A DNA stretch of 32,000 nt from Candidatus Nitrosopumilus koreensis AR1 (GTDB lineage: Archaea > Thermoproteota > Nitrososphaeria > Nitrososphaerales > Nitrosopumilaceae): positions 1,020,001-1,052,000 of the forward strand of contig NC_018655.1 of assembly GCF_000299365.1 (NCBI RefSeq), in the 5' to 3' direction. Below are positions 9,825 to 18,544 of the stretch, one piece after another. The stretch's first letter is position 1, and each line of letters begins with the position of its first letter. Position numbers and translations under genes: made by a program. Below the pieces are notes generated by a model that was not told where the DNA came from, did not search any database, and saw only the letters and a program-made list of their open reading frames with translations.

Positions 9825-10058
9825 TTAATTTTTCAAGATCCACATACAATTTCCAAGATCAAATTCATGGGTTTGATTTTGTATTAATATTGATGGGACA
9901 ATTTTATCAGGTCCACCAGGAATACAATTTTTTACAAATCTATTATTGTGTGCATCTTCATTTTGTTGTTTGTTTTCCAAATAATCGATTGTAAAATATG
10001 TTGAGCTAACAACTATTAAAATTCCAATTCCAATTATTATCAAAAGTCTAGTTTTCAT
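9825..10058 (-). CDS. Small membrane-anchored/secreted protein with MKTR leader (77 aa)
   Basis: MKTRLLIIIGIGILIVVSSTYFTIDYL...NCMWILKN; start at the recurrent junction module. Confidence 0.65.
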   Translation of the reverse strand: MKTRLLIIIGIGILIVVSSTYFTIDYLENKQQNEDAHNNRFVKNCIPGGPDKIVPSILIQNQTHEFDLGNCMWILKN

Positions 10059-10059
10059 T

Positions 10060-10725
10060 TTATTTTCCAAATATCCATGAAATCAAATTGTCAAGATATG
10101 CAAAAATTCCAAAGAATGGGGCATCAGAGCCAACTTTGTCTGTTTTTATTGCTTGGCATATCCCGTCTACCAAAACAGTTCCTTTGCCGCATATATCATT
10201 ATCAACAAACTTATCTGATTCATTTAGATTCATATTTTTCAAAACAGAAAGATTGCGCCCATTAACAGAACAAATATCTCTTTGTACTCCTTTGCCTTCT
10301 TTGCAAATAATCTCCTTGACTACCTGTGAATCCCCTAATCTGATTATCAAATCAGTATCTGCATATCCATGAGTATTTTTTTGAAGATATAGCAAAACCA
10401 CTTGATCCTGCAGGTATGGCTGAGTTGCGTAACTCATTCCATGAGGTTCTCTTGTGAATAATCCCGTAACTGTTACTGTTTGATTATAACTGGATGTTTT
10501 GAAATATTTTTCAGCTTCAATTTCATACATGACAACCCCCAATCTCTCTGTGGAAGTGTTTTCTGTTTTTGTAACCTCTGGCTCAGATAAGATTTCTACT
10601 GATATGACTTTGCCAACTAGAACTATATCTGAATAATCAAATGCGTGTGATGGGTCTAATTGCGGAACAGCGTAAGATATGCTGGTAAAACTGGCAATAA
10701 TTAGTAGAATTACAAGATACTTCAT
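10060..10725 (-). CDS. Secreted protein (221 aa), MKY leader
   Basis: Signal peptide MKYLVILLIIASFTSISYA; beta-rich soluble domain, Cys-containing C-terminal part. Confidence 0.7.
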   Translation of the reverse strand: MKYLVILLIIASFTSISYAVPQLDPSHAFDYSDIVLVGKVISVEILSEPEVTKTENTSTERLGVVMYEIEAEKYFKTSSYNQTVTVTGLFTREPHGMSYATQPYLQDQVVLLYLQKNTHGYADTDLIIRLGDSQVVKEIICKEGKGVQRDICSVNGRNLSVLKNMNLNESDKFVDNDICGKGTVLVDGICQAIKTDKVGSDAPFFGIFAYLDNLISWIFGK

Positions 10726-10778
10726 ACTGTATGAAGTCTTATTTTATCATTGAAAAGTGCTTCTGATGTTTTGTATCT

Positions 10779-11330
10779 TTAGTTTTGTTTTCCAAGCAGA
10801 TGTTCCATATCGACAGTTACATCTTTTTCGTTTAACATGGTTATCTGATGCTCAATCTCTGCACGAGTTTCATTGCCATACGAAATCAAAATCCGATCCC
10901 CATCGCTTACGTCATAGTCTGAAACATCATCTATCATATTGTCGTTTACAAAATACTTTAGAGAATATCTTTCATCTGTACAATAACTAGTGCCATTTGT
11001 AATTGCAATGCATTTTTCATCAAGTTTAAAATTCAACGTTTCAAACAGATAGCCAACCGTAACCCTATCGCCATGAATGTGTATGACATCATCATAGGGC
11101 GACTGGAAATTTATCCAATAACTTACTTGTTGGTATTGGGGGTCGTTTAGATCAAACTTTTCGCCATGGATCATGAACAGTATTCCTGCATGTTGGTGTA
11201 CTTTGTTTATTATTGGAGGAGCAAACAGTGACTCTGATTCCTGATTATTCTTGATCATTAACAATAACACACCAATTATAATTACCATAACTACAATTAT
11301 TCCAATAATTATCAGAAATCTAGTTTTCAT
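10779..11330 (-). CDS. Membrane-anchored extracytoplasmic protein (183 aa), MKTR leader
   Basis: MKTRFLIIIGIIVVMVIIIGVLLLM TM; soluble domain with HQHAGILFMIHGEKFDL and DDVIHIHGDRVTVGYLF. Confidence 0.7.
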   Translation of the reverse strand: MKTRFLIIIGIIVVMVIIIGVLLLMIKNNQESESLFAPPIINKVHQHAGILFMIHGEKFDLNDPQYQQVSYWINFQSPYDDVIHIHGDRVTVGYLFETLNFKLDEKCIAITNGTSYCTDERYSLKYFVNDNMIDDVSDYDVSDGDRILISYGNETRAEIEHQITMLNEKDVTVDMEHLLGKQN

Positions 11331-11336
11331 TTTCTA

Positions 11337-11783
11337 TCAGTTAATCTTGTCCCAATTGAGAATTAGAAAAACAGCATCTTCATACTTGTACAGATTTGTT
11401 GACTTGTCTTCCACCCATTTGTTATAGTGATCAAGTTCAGATGGAGACATTCCAACTCGGATATTATACTCATTAGGAGTTATTCGTACTTCATATTTTT
11501 CATTAGTTGAATCTTGATGGATGACGTATTCATGATCACCATTATTTTCAACAGTAAGTAAAACATCCATCATGTATTTTATTTTTGGAACGTCGTCATA
11601 GTCGGTCTCTTGCATTTGGTAAACAGGATATTTGTCTAGAAATGGAGCATACATTTCTGGATCATCTGAATACATCAGTCCCATTCCTTCATTGTATGAA
11701 GGAACGTATGTGGAAAAATAAAAGACCATAAAGCCCAGAACAATTCCAAGCAATGTAAAGGTAATCAGCGTTCTAGTTTTCAT
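11337..11783 (-). CDS. Membrane-anchored extracytoplasmic protein (148 aa), MKTR leader
   Basis: The start is best placed at ATG 11783 (MKTRTLITFTLLGIVLGFMVFYFSTYV); the track ORF extends to 11930. Confidence 0.65.
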   Translation of the reverse strand: MKTRTLITFTLLGIVLGFMVFYFSTYVPSYNEGMGLMYSDDPEMYAPFLDKYPVYQMQETDYDDVPKIKYMMDVLLTVENNGDHEYVIHQDSTNEKYEVRITPNEYNIRVGMSPSELDHYNKWVEDKSTNLYKYEDAVFLILNWDKIN

Positions 11784-12222
11784 TTTCTTTTTTTCCACAT
11801 ATTTTGCATTTGTAATCGCCAAGATCAGAATCAGACTCGTTTGTTTTTCTAGTTTGATCTTTTGAAATAAATTCAAACTCTTCAGATCCACAGAAATTGC
11901 ATTTCCTTGGATGGTATTCCAAGTTTTCAAACTCTTTTTTCTTTTTCAAATATTCTTCTTTGGTGATTTTTTCTTCAATGTATTTTTTTTCTAATATTCT
12001 CAATGCCTCATCGTTTTGTTCTTTTTCATATTCGTTGATTGGATCAATTCGTCTATAATTCAGAAGAGAGTCTTTATCTCTAAAAGCATGTTTTTTTGTA
12101 TACCATAAAATTGCTCCAGCAGATACAATTCCCAAAATCAACCCATATGGAAATGGCATGACTGTTTGAATCAAAAAGAAAACAACAATTGCAGATATTA
12201 TTCCAATGAAGATGGATTTCAT
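11773..12222 (-). CDS. Membrane protein with SHOCT-like segment and C-terminal zinc-ribbon-like motif
   Basis: N-terminal TM pair, EALRILEKKYIEEKITKEEYLKKKKEFE (SHOCT-like), CNFCGSEEF...YKCKICGKK. Start MKSIF at 12222. Confidence 0.65.
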   Translation of the reverse strand: MKSIFIGIISAIVVFFLIQTVMPFPYGLILGIVSAGAILWYTKKHAFRDKDSLLNYRRIDPINEYEKEQNDEALRILEKKYIEEKITKEEYLKKKKEFENLEYHPRKCNFCGSEEFEFISKDQTRKTNESDSDLGDYKCKICGKKENEN

Positions 12223-12953
12223 TTTCGTTTCCACCAATAGATAATTCCAACAATAAAAGACACGCCAAGACTGCTAGCAAGAACTGCCAAAAACACATCC
12301 TCTGAGCTAGTTTTAGATGCCAAAATATTTGGACCATGCATTATGTTCCTAGGCTGACATAGTGCTTGCCCATTTTCACACATTTCATCTAACTGGTTAG
12401 TAGGAAGTGAACGTTTAGACTCTGGTGATGGCATTATCACCCAAGTGTTTTCAGGTAATGGAATTATGTCTGGATTGTATTTCAGGTATATGTCCATAGA
12501 TTCATCAAATCTTTTAATCTCAGATTCATCAACATAATCAAAAGAAATTTTGACTTTCATGTCAGGAGGTAAAGAATTCCTCATGCTAATCGAGGGATGA
12601 ATCTGCAAGGTGTCTTGAATTGCATTGTCTTGATAAAACCCCCAACCACCTATGAAATCTTTAGATGATTGTATTGCATAGTTTTCCCAATCTAGATGAA
12701 TTCCTAGTTTTCTAACGTCATCTTCGTTTAAATCCAAATCATCAACTGCCCTACAAAAAATATTGCCAGGAGTTGCACTACCATCATATCTTGGACTCCA
12801 AAGAGTACGACAGATTTCTAAAAGTTCATCAGGAGTACATGATTCATCAGCAGTTCCCACTTGTTTGTCACAACTAGCATCTGCATTAAGAAAAACAAAT
12901 GGAGCTAATGTGACTCCAATGATGCCAAGCATTATCAAAATTCTAGTTTTCAT
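12219..12953 (-). CDS. Secreted protein with C-terminal TM and basic tail (YWWKRK)
   Basis: MKTRILIMLGIIGVTLAPFVFLNADA signal; C-terminal SLGVSFIVGIIYWWKRK. Confidence 0.7.
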   Translation of the reverse strand: MKTRILIMLGIIGVTLAPFVFLNADASCDKQVGTADESCTPDELLEICRTLWSPRYDGSATPGNIFCRAVDDLDLNEDDVRKLGIHLDWENYAIQSSKDFIGGWGFYQDNAIQDTLQIHPSISMRNSLPPDMKVKISFDYVDESEIKRFDESMDIYLKYNPDIIPLPENTWVIMPSPESKRSLPTNQLDEMCENGQALCQPRNIMHGPNILASKTSSEDVFLAVLASSLGVSFIVGIIYWWKRK

Positions 12954-13489
12954 TTTCTTCTCCAAAAAAACACCAAACCGACTCCAATTCCAACTCCAGA
13001 TAAAATTCCAAGAATTATTACATACATGTTAAAATCAGGATCAATTCCAAGACCTCCAAGTTCTACTTTATTTGAAGCCAGTTGATATCGTTCATCATCA
13101 GTATATGGGTCATGATCTGTTGAACTTTCATTAATCATGAATTCTTCAAATTGCCCAAAATATTCACCCGTGTTGGGAGCTCTTCCAGAAAAAAAATAAT
13201 ATTCATACACGTTTCTGTTCTGAATTGATTCATCTACCCATTCTTGCAGAGTGTTTTCATTGATTGCCTTTTCAAGTTCAATGCGTTTTTGTTCCATGAA
13301 TTCAGTGCCTTTGAAAGAGTAGTATTGACTCCATTTGTTTACTTCTCCTTGATCATATTTTCCATTTCCAATAGAATCAAGGCATGGAGCATCTGGCCAG
13401 TCTTCGTTTACTATGCAAGATGCAAAAGAATATGGAATTGACAAAAACAGTCCAAAGATTACAAATATTATCAAGAGTCTAGTTTTCAT
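12950..13489 (-). CDS. Secreted protein with C-terminal TM and basic tail (FFWRRK)
   Basis: MKTRLLIIFVIFGLFLSIPYSFA signal; C-terminal YVIILGILSGVGIGVGLVFFWRRK. Confidence 0.7.
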   Translation of the reverse strand: MKTRLLIIFVIFGLFLSIPYSFASCIVNEDWPDAPCLDSIGNGKYDQGEVNKWSQYYSFKGTEFMEQKRIELEKAINENTLQEWVDESIQNRNVYEYYFFSGRAPNTGEYFGQFEEFMINESSTDHDPYTDDERYQLASNKVELGGLGIDPDFNMYVIILGILSGVGIGVGLVFFWRRK

Positions 13490-15269
13490 CTTTCCAGTAG
13501 TTCTCCAGCCACAGACCAAGTTCAAGGTCAGGCTCTACAAGTATCGTATCTGTCTTCCAAATTTTATAACAGTCATCAGGTTGTATTTTGTCAATGTATG
13601 TTCCTGTTATCTCAAAGGGCTCATAGACAAACACAGATGAGACATACAGTTCAGTCCCATTGGATGCAATTATCGGAGAGCATACGCGGTGAACACCATC
13701 ATATCCAATGTCATTGTTTGCATAGGATTGCTCTTTTGGAGTAAATTCAACCCCATTTCTGTGCAAAAAGCCATTCCAGACATACGGAAATACAGATTCC
13801 ATACTTGTTGGAATTATTGCATCTGATGAATTAAACTCAATGTCCACATCCCCGCCAGTAATATCAATTATTTTTTGTTCGATTAGTTTTCTATCAGAAT
13901 CATAATATTTTTCAAGAATATCTACAATCAAAAATCCATCACCAATCCCATAACCTACAATTACATCTTTGATGTTAAACGAGCCCCAAGACACATTGGC
14001 ATGATATGCTTCTCGGAGTTTGTCTCGCGCATCAAGTAGAGTCTGTTGATCAGTATCAATGGGTTCTGGTTCAGGAGGAAGAGTTCTCTTAAATTCACAT
14101 TCTTGACTTACGTCACTGAGGAACATATTATCAGGACATGGAAGTACCACTTTGCAGTTTTTTTCAGTTTCATTATAAAATTTCCAAGGAGGGCAAGAAT
14201 TAGGATATTCTGATGGAGGTTCACGAGTTATTCTATTTTCTTGAGTATCTTTTACCCAACCAACACCAGGGTATAGTTTGTATCCTGCATCCAGCATAAG
14301 GTCTCTTTCTGCTTTTGATGTGATGATCAGATTTCGCTCAACTAATTTTAGAAGAGTGTGTTCTTTTACACATGCAGGAGTGCCATTGTTTTTTGTAACC
14401 AGAGTTAATGAGTCTCTGCACTGAATCTCATCAGATGGAACTCCTGACTTGAATTGTTTAAGAGGGGACATCGACCATGGAACAGGATAGACAGTACGGT
14501 CAAGTGACATACCAGAAGGATTTTGCCTTACGACAAATTCTTTGCTAATGTGTACATCATCAAAGTCTATCTCAAGATAGTATTTTCCAGAATCATTGAT
14601 AATTATTGGACGGTCTTCATTGTATCCAATTTTGGTTTGTATCGGAATTGAACTGGAGGTCAAGTCAGGAGAACACGATATTTCTGCACCCCATCCCAAA
14701 ACAAAGTTTCCTTCTTCATCAATTATCTTTGCATCATACGAATTGCAGTCAGCATCAGCAGTCTTTTCTAAAATGAACTGTATGGGCTCCCCAACCATAT
14801 GAGCATATGAAAAATCAATGAATCGGTATTTTTCAGAATCAGTACTGTCTTGTACTAGAACATCAAGTGCGACCTGATCATTCCATGAGCTTTTTTGCAG
14901 TTCATCAGTTTGAAAATGATGCCCAACATATGAAATGCTAAGAAAGATTTTGTTATGCTCAATCTGAGGGTCTACAGTAAGGGTCACTGGAATTCTTTTG
15001 ATCTGTCCTTGCGTGATTTCTATGGAATCAACGTCAACTTGAACAAATTGTCTGGCACTTGATGGGTTTACCTCAATTACAGGGGAAAAATCATTCATCG
15101 TGTAAGGTCCTGAAGTATACAAGAATCGGATGGTCATTTCAGTTGATTTGCCTGCAACTACTTCAGATAATGGCGGATCTATACTTGAATTTCCATTAAA
15201 TGATGATTCTGCAAATGCTTGAGGCATAAACAAAATTGCAACAAATGACAAAATCAAAAAATACTTCAT
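13479..15269 (-). CDS. Large secreted protein (596 aa) with repeated thaumarchaeal-type Cys/LKLVxR motif
   Basis: Signal peptide MKYFLILSFVAILFMPQAFA; CRDSLTLVTKNNGTPACVKEHTLLKLVERN motif. Confidence 0.75.
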   Translation of the reverse strand: MKYFLILSFVAILFMPQAFAESSFNGNSSIDPPLSEVVAGKSTEMTIRFLYTSGPYTMNDFSPVIEVNPSSARQFVQVDVDSIEITQGQIKRIPVTLTVDPQIEHNKIFLSISYVGHHFQTDELQKSSWNDQVALDVLVQDSTDSEKYRFIDFSYAHMVGEPIQFILEKTADADCNSYDAKIIDEEGNFVLGWGAEISCSPDLTSSSIPIQTKIGYNEDRPIIINDSGKYYLEIDFDDVHISKEFVVRQNPSGMSLDRTVYPVPWSMSPLKQFKSGVPSDEIQCRDSLTLVTKNNGTPACVKEHTLLKLVERNLIITSKAERDLMLDAGYKLYPGVGWVKDTQENRITREPPSEYPNSCPPWKFYNETEKNCKVVLPCPDNMFLSDVSQECEFKRTLPPEPEPIDTDQQTLLDARDKLREAYHANVSWGSFNIKDVIVGYGIGDGFLIVDILEKYYDSDRKLIEQKIIDITGGDVDIEFNSSDAIIPTSMESVFPYVWNGFLHRNGVEFTPKEQSYANNDIGYDGVHRVCSPIIASNGTELYVSSVFVYEPFEITGTYIDKIQPDDCYKIWKTDTILVEPDLELGLWLENYWKDEN

Positions 15270-15320
15270 ACTGTATGAAAATTCATCACATCATTGAAAA
15301 GTGCTTCTGATGTATGATAT

Positions 15321-16133
15321 CTAGTTATTTTTGTGCACGCCAGTTTCATCACAGGTGTATGTTCCCAAGAAATTCAAAATGTTTTCTTGTGCAACATCTG
15401 TCTGATGGACTCGTTGAGCATAGCAATGAAATGATATGTCTTTTATGTTGTGGTTTTGGTCCAGATTCAGATTCATTCTAACGCTGAAATTATCTCCGTC
15501 TCCTGCAAAATAAGACAGGATGTTATCATCAAAGAGTACATCCGCGTCATCATACACGCTGTAAAATGCTACAACCTCTGGCAGTGTTTTGTAATAATCT
15601 AAAATTGGTTCATCAGAGAAAATAGTTTTTGCAACCCATCCTCTCTGAACTAATTTTAGAACGGACTCTTCAAACACGCAAACAGCTTTGCTGTAATCAG
15701 GTTTTACCACCAACTCACGTTCAGGGGCACATCCATTTAGTGCAGCAGCAGAATATTTTTCAAATATTATGTATTCAGACTTTGATGTTTGAACTATATC
15801 TCCATTGACCTTTCCAACAATCATTATGAAAAACCTTCCAACATCATCAAGAAAGTAATTCTGATGAGTCCCAAAACTTTTTCCAGGAGATACGTCACCT
15901 GAATGCTGTTTTGTATCCCAATAGTTGTCACCTTCTATGTTTTCAAAAATATACTCAATTGATGCAGTTGTGCCGTAATTGTTTGGGTTGTTCACTGAAG
16001 TGTGTATAGCAACAGGGTTTCCAACTTGACCGTAAAATGTCCCGTATCGGTCATCAACATGTTCAGCAAATACAGAAGGCATGAAAAACAGCATAAAGAC
16101 AAAACTGATCCCAATAACTGCTGTACCCACCAT
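15321..16133 (-). CDS. Secreted protein (270 aa) with Cys/LKLVQRGW motif
   Basis: Signal peptide ending VFA; CAPERELVVKPDYSKAVCVFEESVLKLVQRGW. Confidence 0.7.
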   Translation of the reverse strand: MVGTAVIGISFVFMLFFMPSVFAEHVDDRYGTFYGQVGNPVAIHTSVNNPNNYGTTASIEYIFENIEGDNYWDTKQHSGDVSPGKSFGTHQNYFLDDVGRFFIMIVGKVNGDIVQTSKSEYIIFEKYSAAALNGCAPERELVVKPDYSKAVCVFEESVLKLVQRGWVAKTIFSDEPILDYYKTLPEVVAFYSVYDDADVLFDDNILSYFAGDGDNFSVRMNLNLDQNHNIKDISFHCYAQRVHQTDVAQENILNFLGTYTCDETGVHKNN

Positions 16134-16233
16134 GAAAAATCGACTGGACTTTTACATATAACAGGAACTGATGAATGATTAGTAAAATTTTGAGTTTTTA
16201 CGCATAAAGGAAGTTTATTTTAGAAGAAAAGCA

Positions 16234-16569
16234 TCAATGCAAGTTCAGCATAACTTGCTTTACAGTAACCATGTCGCTGTCATCATGATACGCAATGACA
16301 TAGAGAACTGCAAGGCCGTTTTCAAGAGAAGTAATATCAGCTAGAACTATTTCATTATCAGATGTGTTTTGAGAAAAATTAGGAACACAGCTTACACATC
16401 CCACCTCATAATACGATACTGCATCATCGTTATTCCATGTCACTTGTACTGATGCCAGGGAACCGTCATATTCAATCACAGCAGTATCAATGTCATCTAA
16501 TGGCTGGGCGTATGCAGTGCCAAACAAGCCCAGAACAGCCACAGACATGGCAATCAGCAGAGGTTTCAT
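16234..16569 (-). CDS. Secreted FN3-like small protein
   Basis: MKPLLIAMSVAVLGLFGTAYA signal; VQVTWNNDDAVSYYEVGC suggests a fibronectin-III-like beta fold. Confidence 0.6.
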   Translation of the reverse strand: MKPLLIAMSVAVLGLFGTAYAQPLDDIDTAVIEYDGSLASVQVTWNNDDAVSYYEVGCVSCVPNFSQNTSDNEIVLADITSLENGLAVLYVIAYHDDSDMVTVKQVMLNLH

Positions 16570-16640
16570 GTTAGTGATGATTTGGCGATTTTGACATTGA
16601 TAAACCCTTCTTATCTTTTGTATTCTGAGTACGAAAAAAT

Positions 16641-16693
16641 ATTTTTAGGGTTGACCAACTAGAGTCAACTATTTTAGCCCCTTTAGGCACAAA
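16641..16693. repeat. Degenerate att-like/arm sequence shared with the region next to the left 22-bp repeat
   Basis: GTTGAC-CAACTAGA-GTCAAC inverted repeat, then TATTTTAGCCCCTTTAGGCACAAA. Positions 4582..4606 read TATTTTAGCCCCGTTTAGGCACAAA. Confidence 0.5.
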
Positions 16694-16762
16694 AGGGATT
16701 GAAGAAACAATATCAAATACACACCATTACTTTATTCACTATATTCTCCCTTGTTCATTTTG

Positions 16763-18475
16763 TCAGGATACAATATAGAGCGAGTACTCCAAATTGCGGA
16801 CGAGACTCTGACTCATCTTTGTAAATTTGAAATCCAAATCCTTGGCTTTATCATATACAGAATCATCAATTACTACAGTATTTGGTAAGGCATAATGATT
16901 AATCTTGAACACAGTGTTTACAGGCTCACCAAAGATGTCATCAAGGGACAAATCAGCAGTCTTAGCTGCATGAACCAACCCATATGCAGAACTTATTCTG
17001 TAAGATATGCCAGGAAGATTCTCAGAAGTAGTTTTCTCATTTAGTTCACCATACATTTGGGACAATTCGATGCAACATTTGAGCATATTTGACAAAGTAT
17101 CTTTGTTATCAGAAACTGGGAAATAAAACAAAATGGCATCATCTACAATTTTGATCGGGATTCCTTCGTATTTTTTTATTACAGGAACTACTGAATCAGA
17201 GAAAATATGACCATACTTTTGTTTTTGTTCTGCAGATAGAGACTCAGATATTTTCACAGAACCAACAAGATCTATCAAACACACATAACTGTCCTGCTTT
17301 TCTTCAAAGAATTTAGACAGAATATTTCCTTGTTGCTTGATTATGTTTTCTCGTTTTCCTATTGCAGAGATTGTTTCTTCTATGGTCTTTGCCATATTAT
17401 CAAAGGATGCAGATAACTGCTCAATCTCATCATTTGTTTTGATGTTTGTTCTAACATCAAAATTCCCTGAAGATATTTCCTTAGCTGCATTACGTAATTT
17501 GAGAATTGGTTGTGATATTCTTCTTGATAAAATCAGTGTAACAATACTTGCAATGACGATAAGACTGATTCCAACAATTATTATCTTGTTTTGTAATTCT
17601 GTAATTGGTTTTAAGATAGAAGACTCATCAACCTCAGTCAACAAGACAAATCCTAGGTCTTTTTGACAGTAAGAATACCCAAAGATGTCAACATTTCTGT
17701 AATCTGTATAATCTGCAGCCTCTACATTTCTTCCATTATCAAAGCATTCCCTTACTGCAAATGTGTCTACTTTTTGGTTAAACGGTGCATTTTCAAAAAA
17801 TATTGATTCAGAAAGCATCATCTTGTTTTTACTTACCAAGTAAACCTCACCTGTTTCATGCAAACCAAATCTGTTCAGCAAAACATCATCAAACACAGAG
17901 CTGCCCATACTTGCAATCATCACACCCACTTGATTGCCAGTATCTGAAAAAATAGGCAGTGAGATTTTCATTAGTCGGTTTTTGTCAGGATCTTGTGTAA
18001 ATTCAACAGTAGTTTTACTTACTTTGTAATTGCCTTTGATGTAGGTTATAGGATCAATTTTTTCATTTAATGAGAAAATTGGTTTTCCCCTCATGTTAAT
18101 AATTTGAAGATCCCGTATTCCAGCTTCAAACTCATTTAACTGGAATGAATGAAATTCAGTCTGAATATGTGGAAGTTGTTCTACAAGAATATTATGAAAT
18201 GAAATATCATCAAGTCCAGGAATCAAAACATCAAAGGATTCTCGGATAACCTGATTTTGTGAGAAGCTTTGTAATTTTGTAATTCGTGATTCAATAATGG
18301 ATGAGATTACCTGACCACGTGTTTCGGATTCATCTTTTAGCGACTCTTTTACATTGTTTTTAATTACGCTGTCTGCAAAATTATAGGCAAGTCCAGTAGT
18401 CACTGCAATTGATGCTATGCTTATGGCAAGCATCAACACAATCAGTTTGGTACTGATACTTACAAAAGACTTCAT
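16763..18475 (-). CDS. Transmembrane receptor with Cache-like sensor, HAMP and class III nucleotidyl cyclase domain
   Basis: RRISQPILKLRNAAKEISSGNFDVRTNIKTNDEIEQLSASFDNMAKTI (HAMP); SYVCLIDLVGSVKISESL...KIVDDAILFYFP and FGEPVNTVFKINHYALPNTVVI (class III cyclase). Confidence 0.8.
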   Translation of the reverse strand: MKSFVSISTKLIVLMLAISIASIAVTTGLAYNFADSVIKNNVKESLKDESETRGQVISSIIESRITKLQSFSQNQVIRESFDVLIPGLDDISFHNILVEQLPHIQTEFHSFQLNEFEAGIRDLQIINMRGKPIFSLNEKIDPITYIKGNYKVSKTTVEFTQDPDKNRLMKISLPIFSDTGNQVGVMIASMGSSVFDDVLLNRFGLHETGEVYLVSKNKMMLSESIFFENAPFNQKVDTFAVRECFDNGRNVEAADYTDYRNVDIFGYSYCQKDLGFVLLTEVDESSILKPITELQNKIIIVGISLIVIASIVTLILSRRISQPILKLRNAAKEISSGNFDVRTNIKTNDEIEQLSASFDNMAKTIEETISAIGKRENIIKQQGNILSKFFEEKQDSYVCLIDLVGSVKISESLSAEQKQKYGHIFSDSVVPVIKKYEGIPIKIVDDAILFYFPVSDNKDTLSNMLKCCIELSQMYGELNEKTTSENLPGISYRISSAYGLVHAAKTADLSLDDIFGEPVNTVFKINHYALPNTVVIDDSVYDKAKDLDFKFTKMSQSLVRNLEYSLYIVS

Positions 18476-18544
18476 TTGATTTGTAATAGATTTCTGAGTA
18501 TTTTAATCATCTATATGGTAAAACCATCAGAAATTCCAAATGAT

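Noticed and set aside
17337-17666. Plus-strand 109-aa ORF
   Set aside because: Antisense to the HAMP/cyclase coding region.
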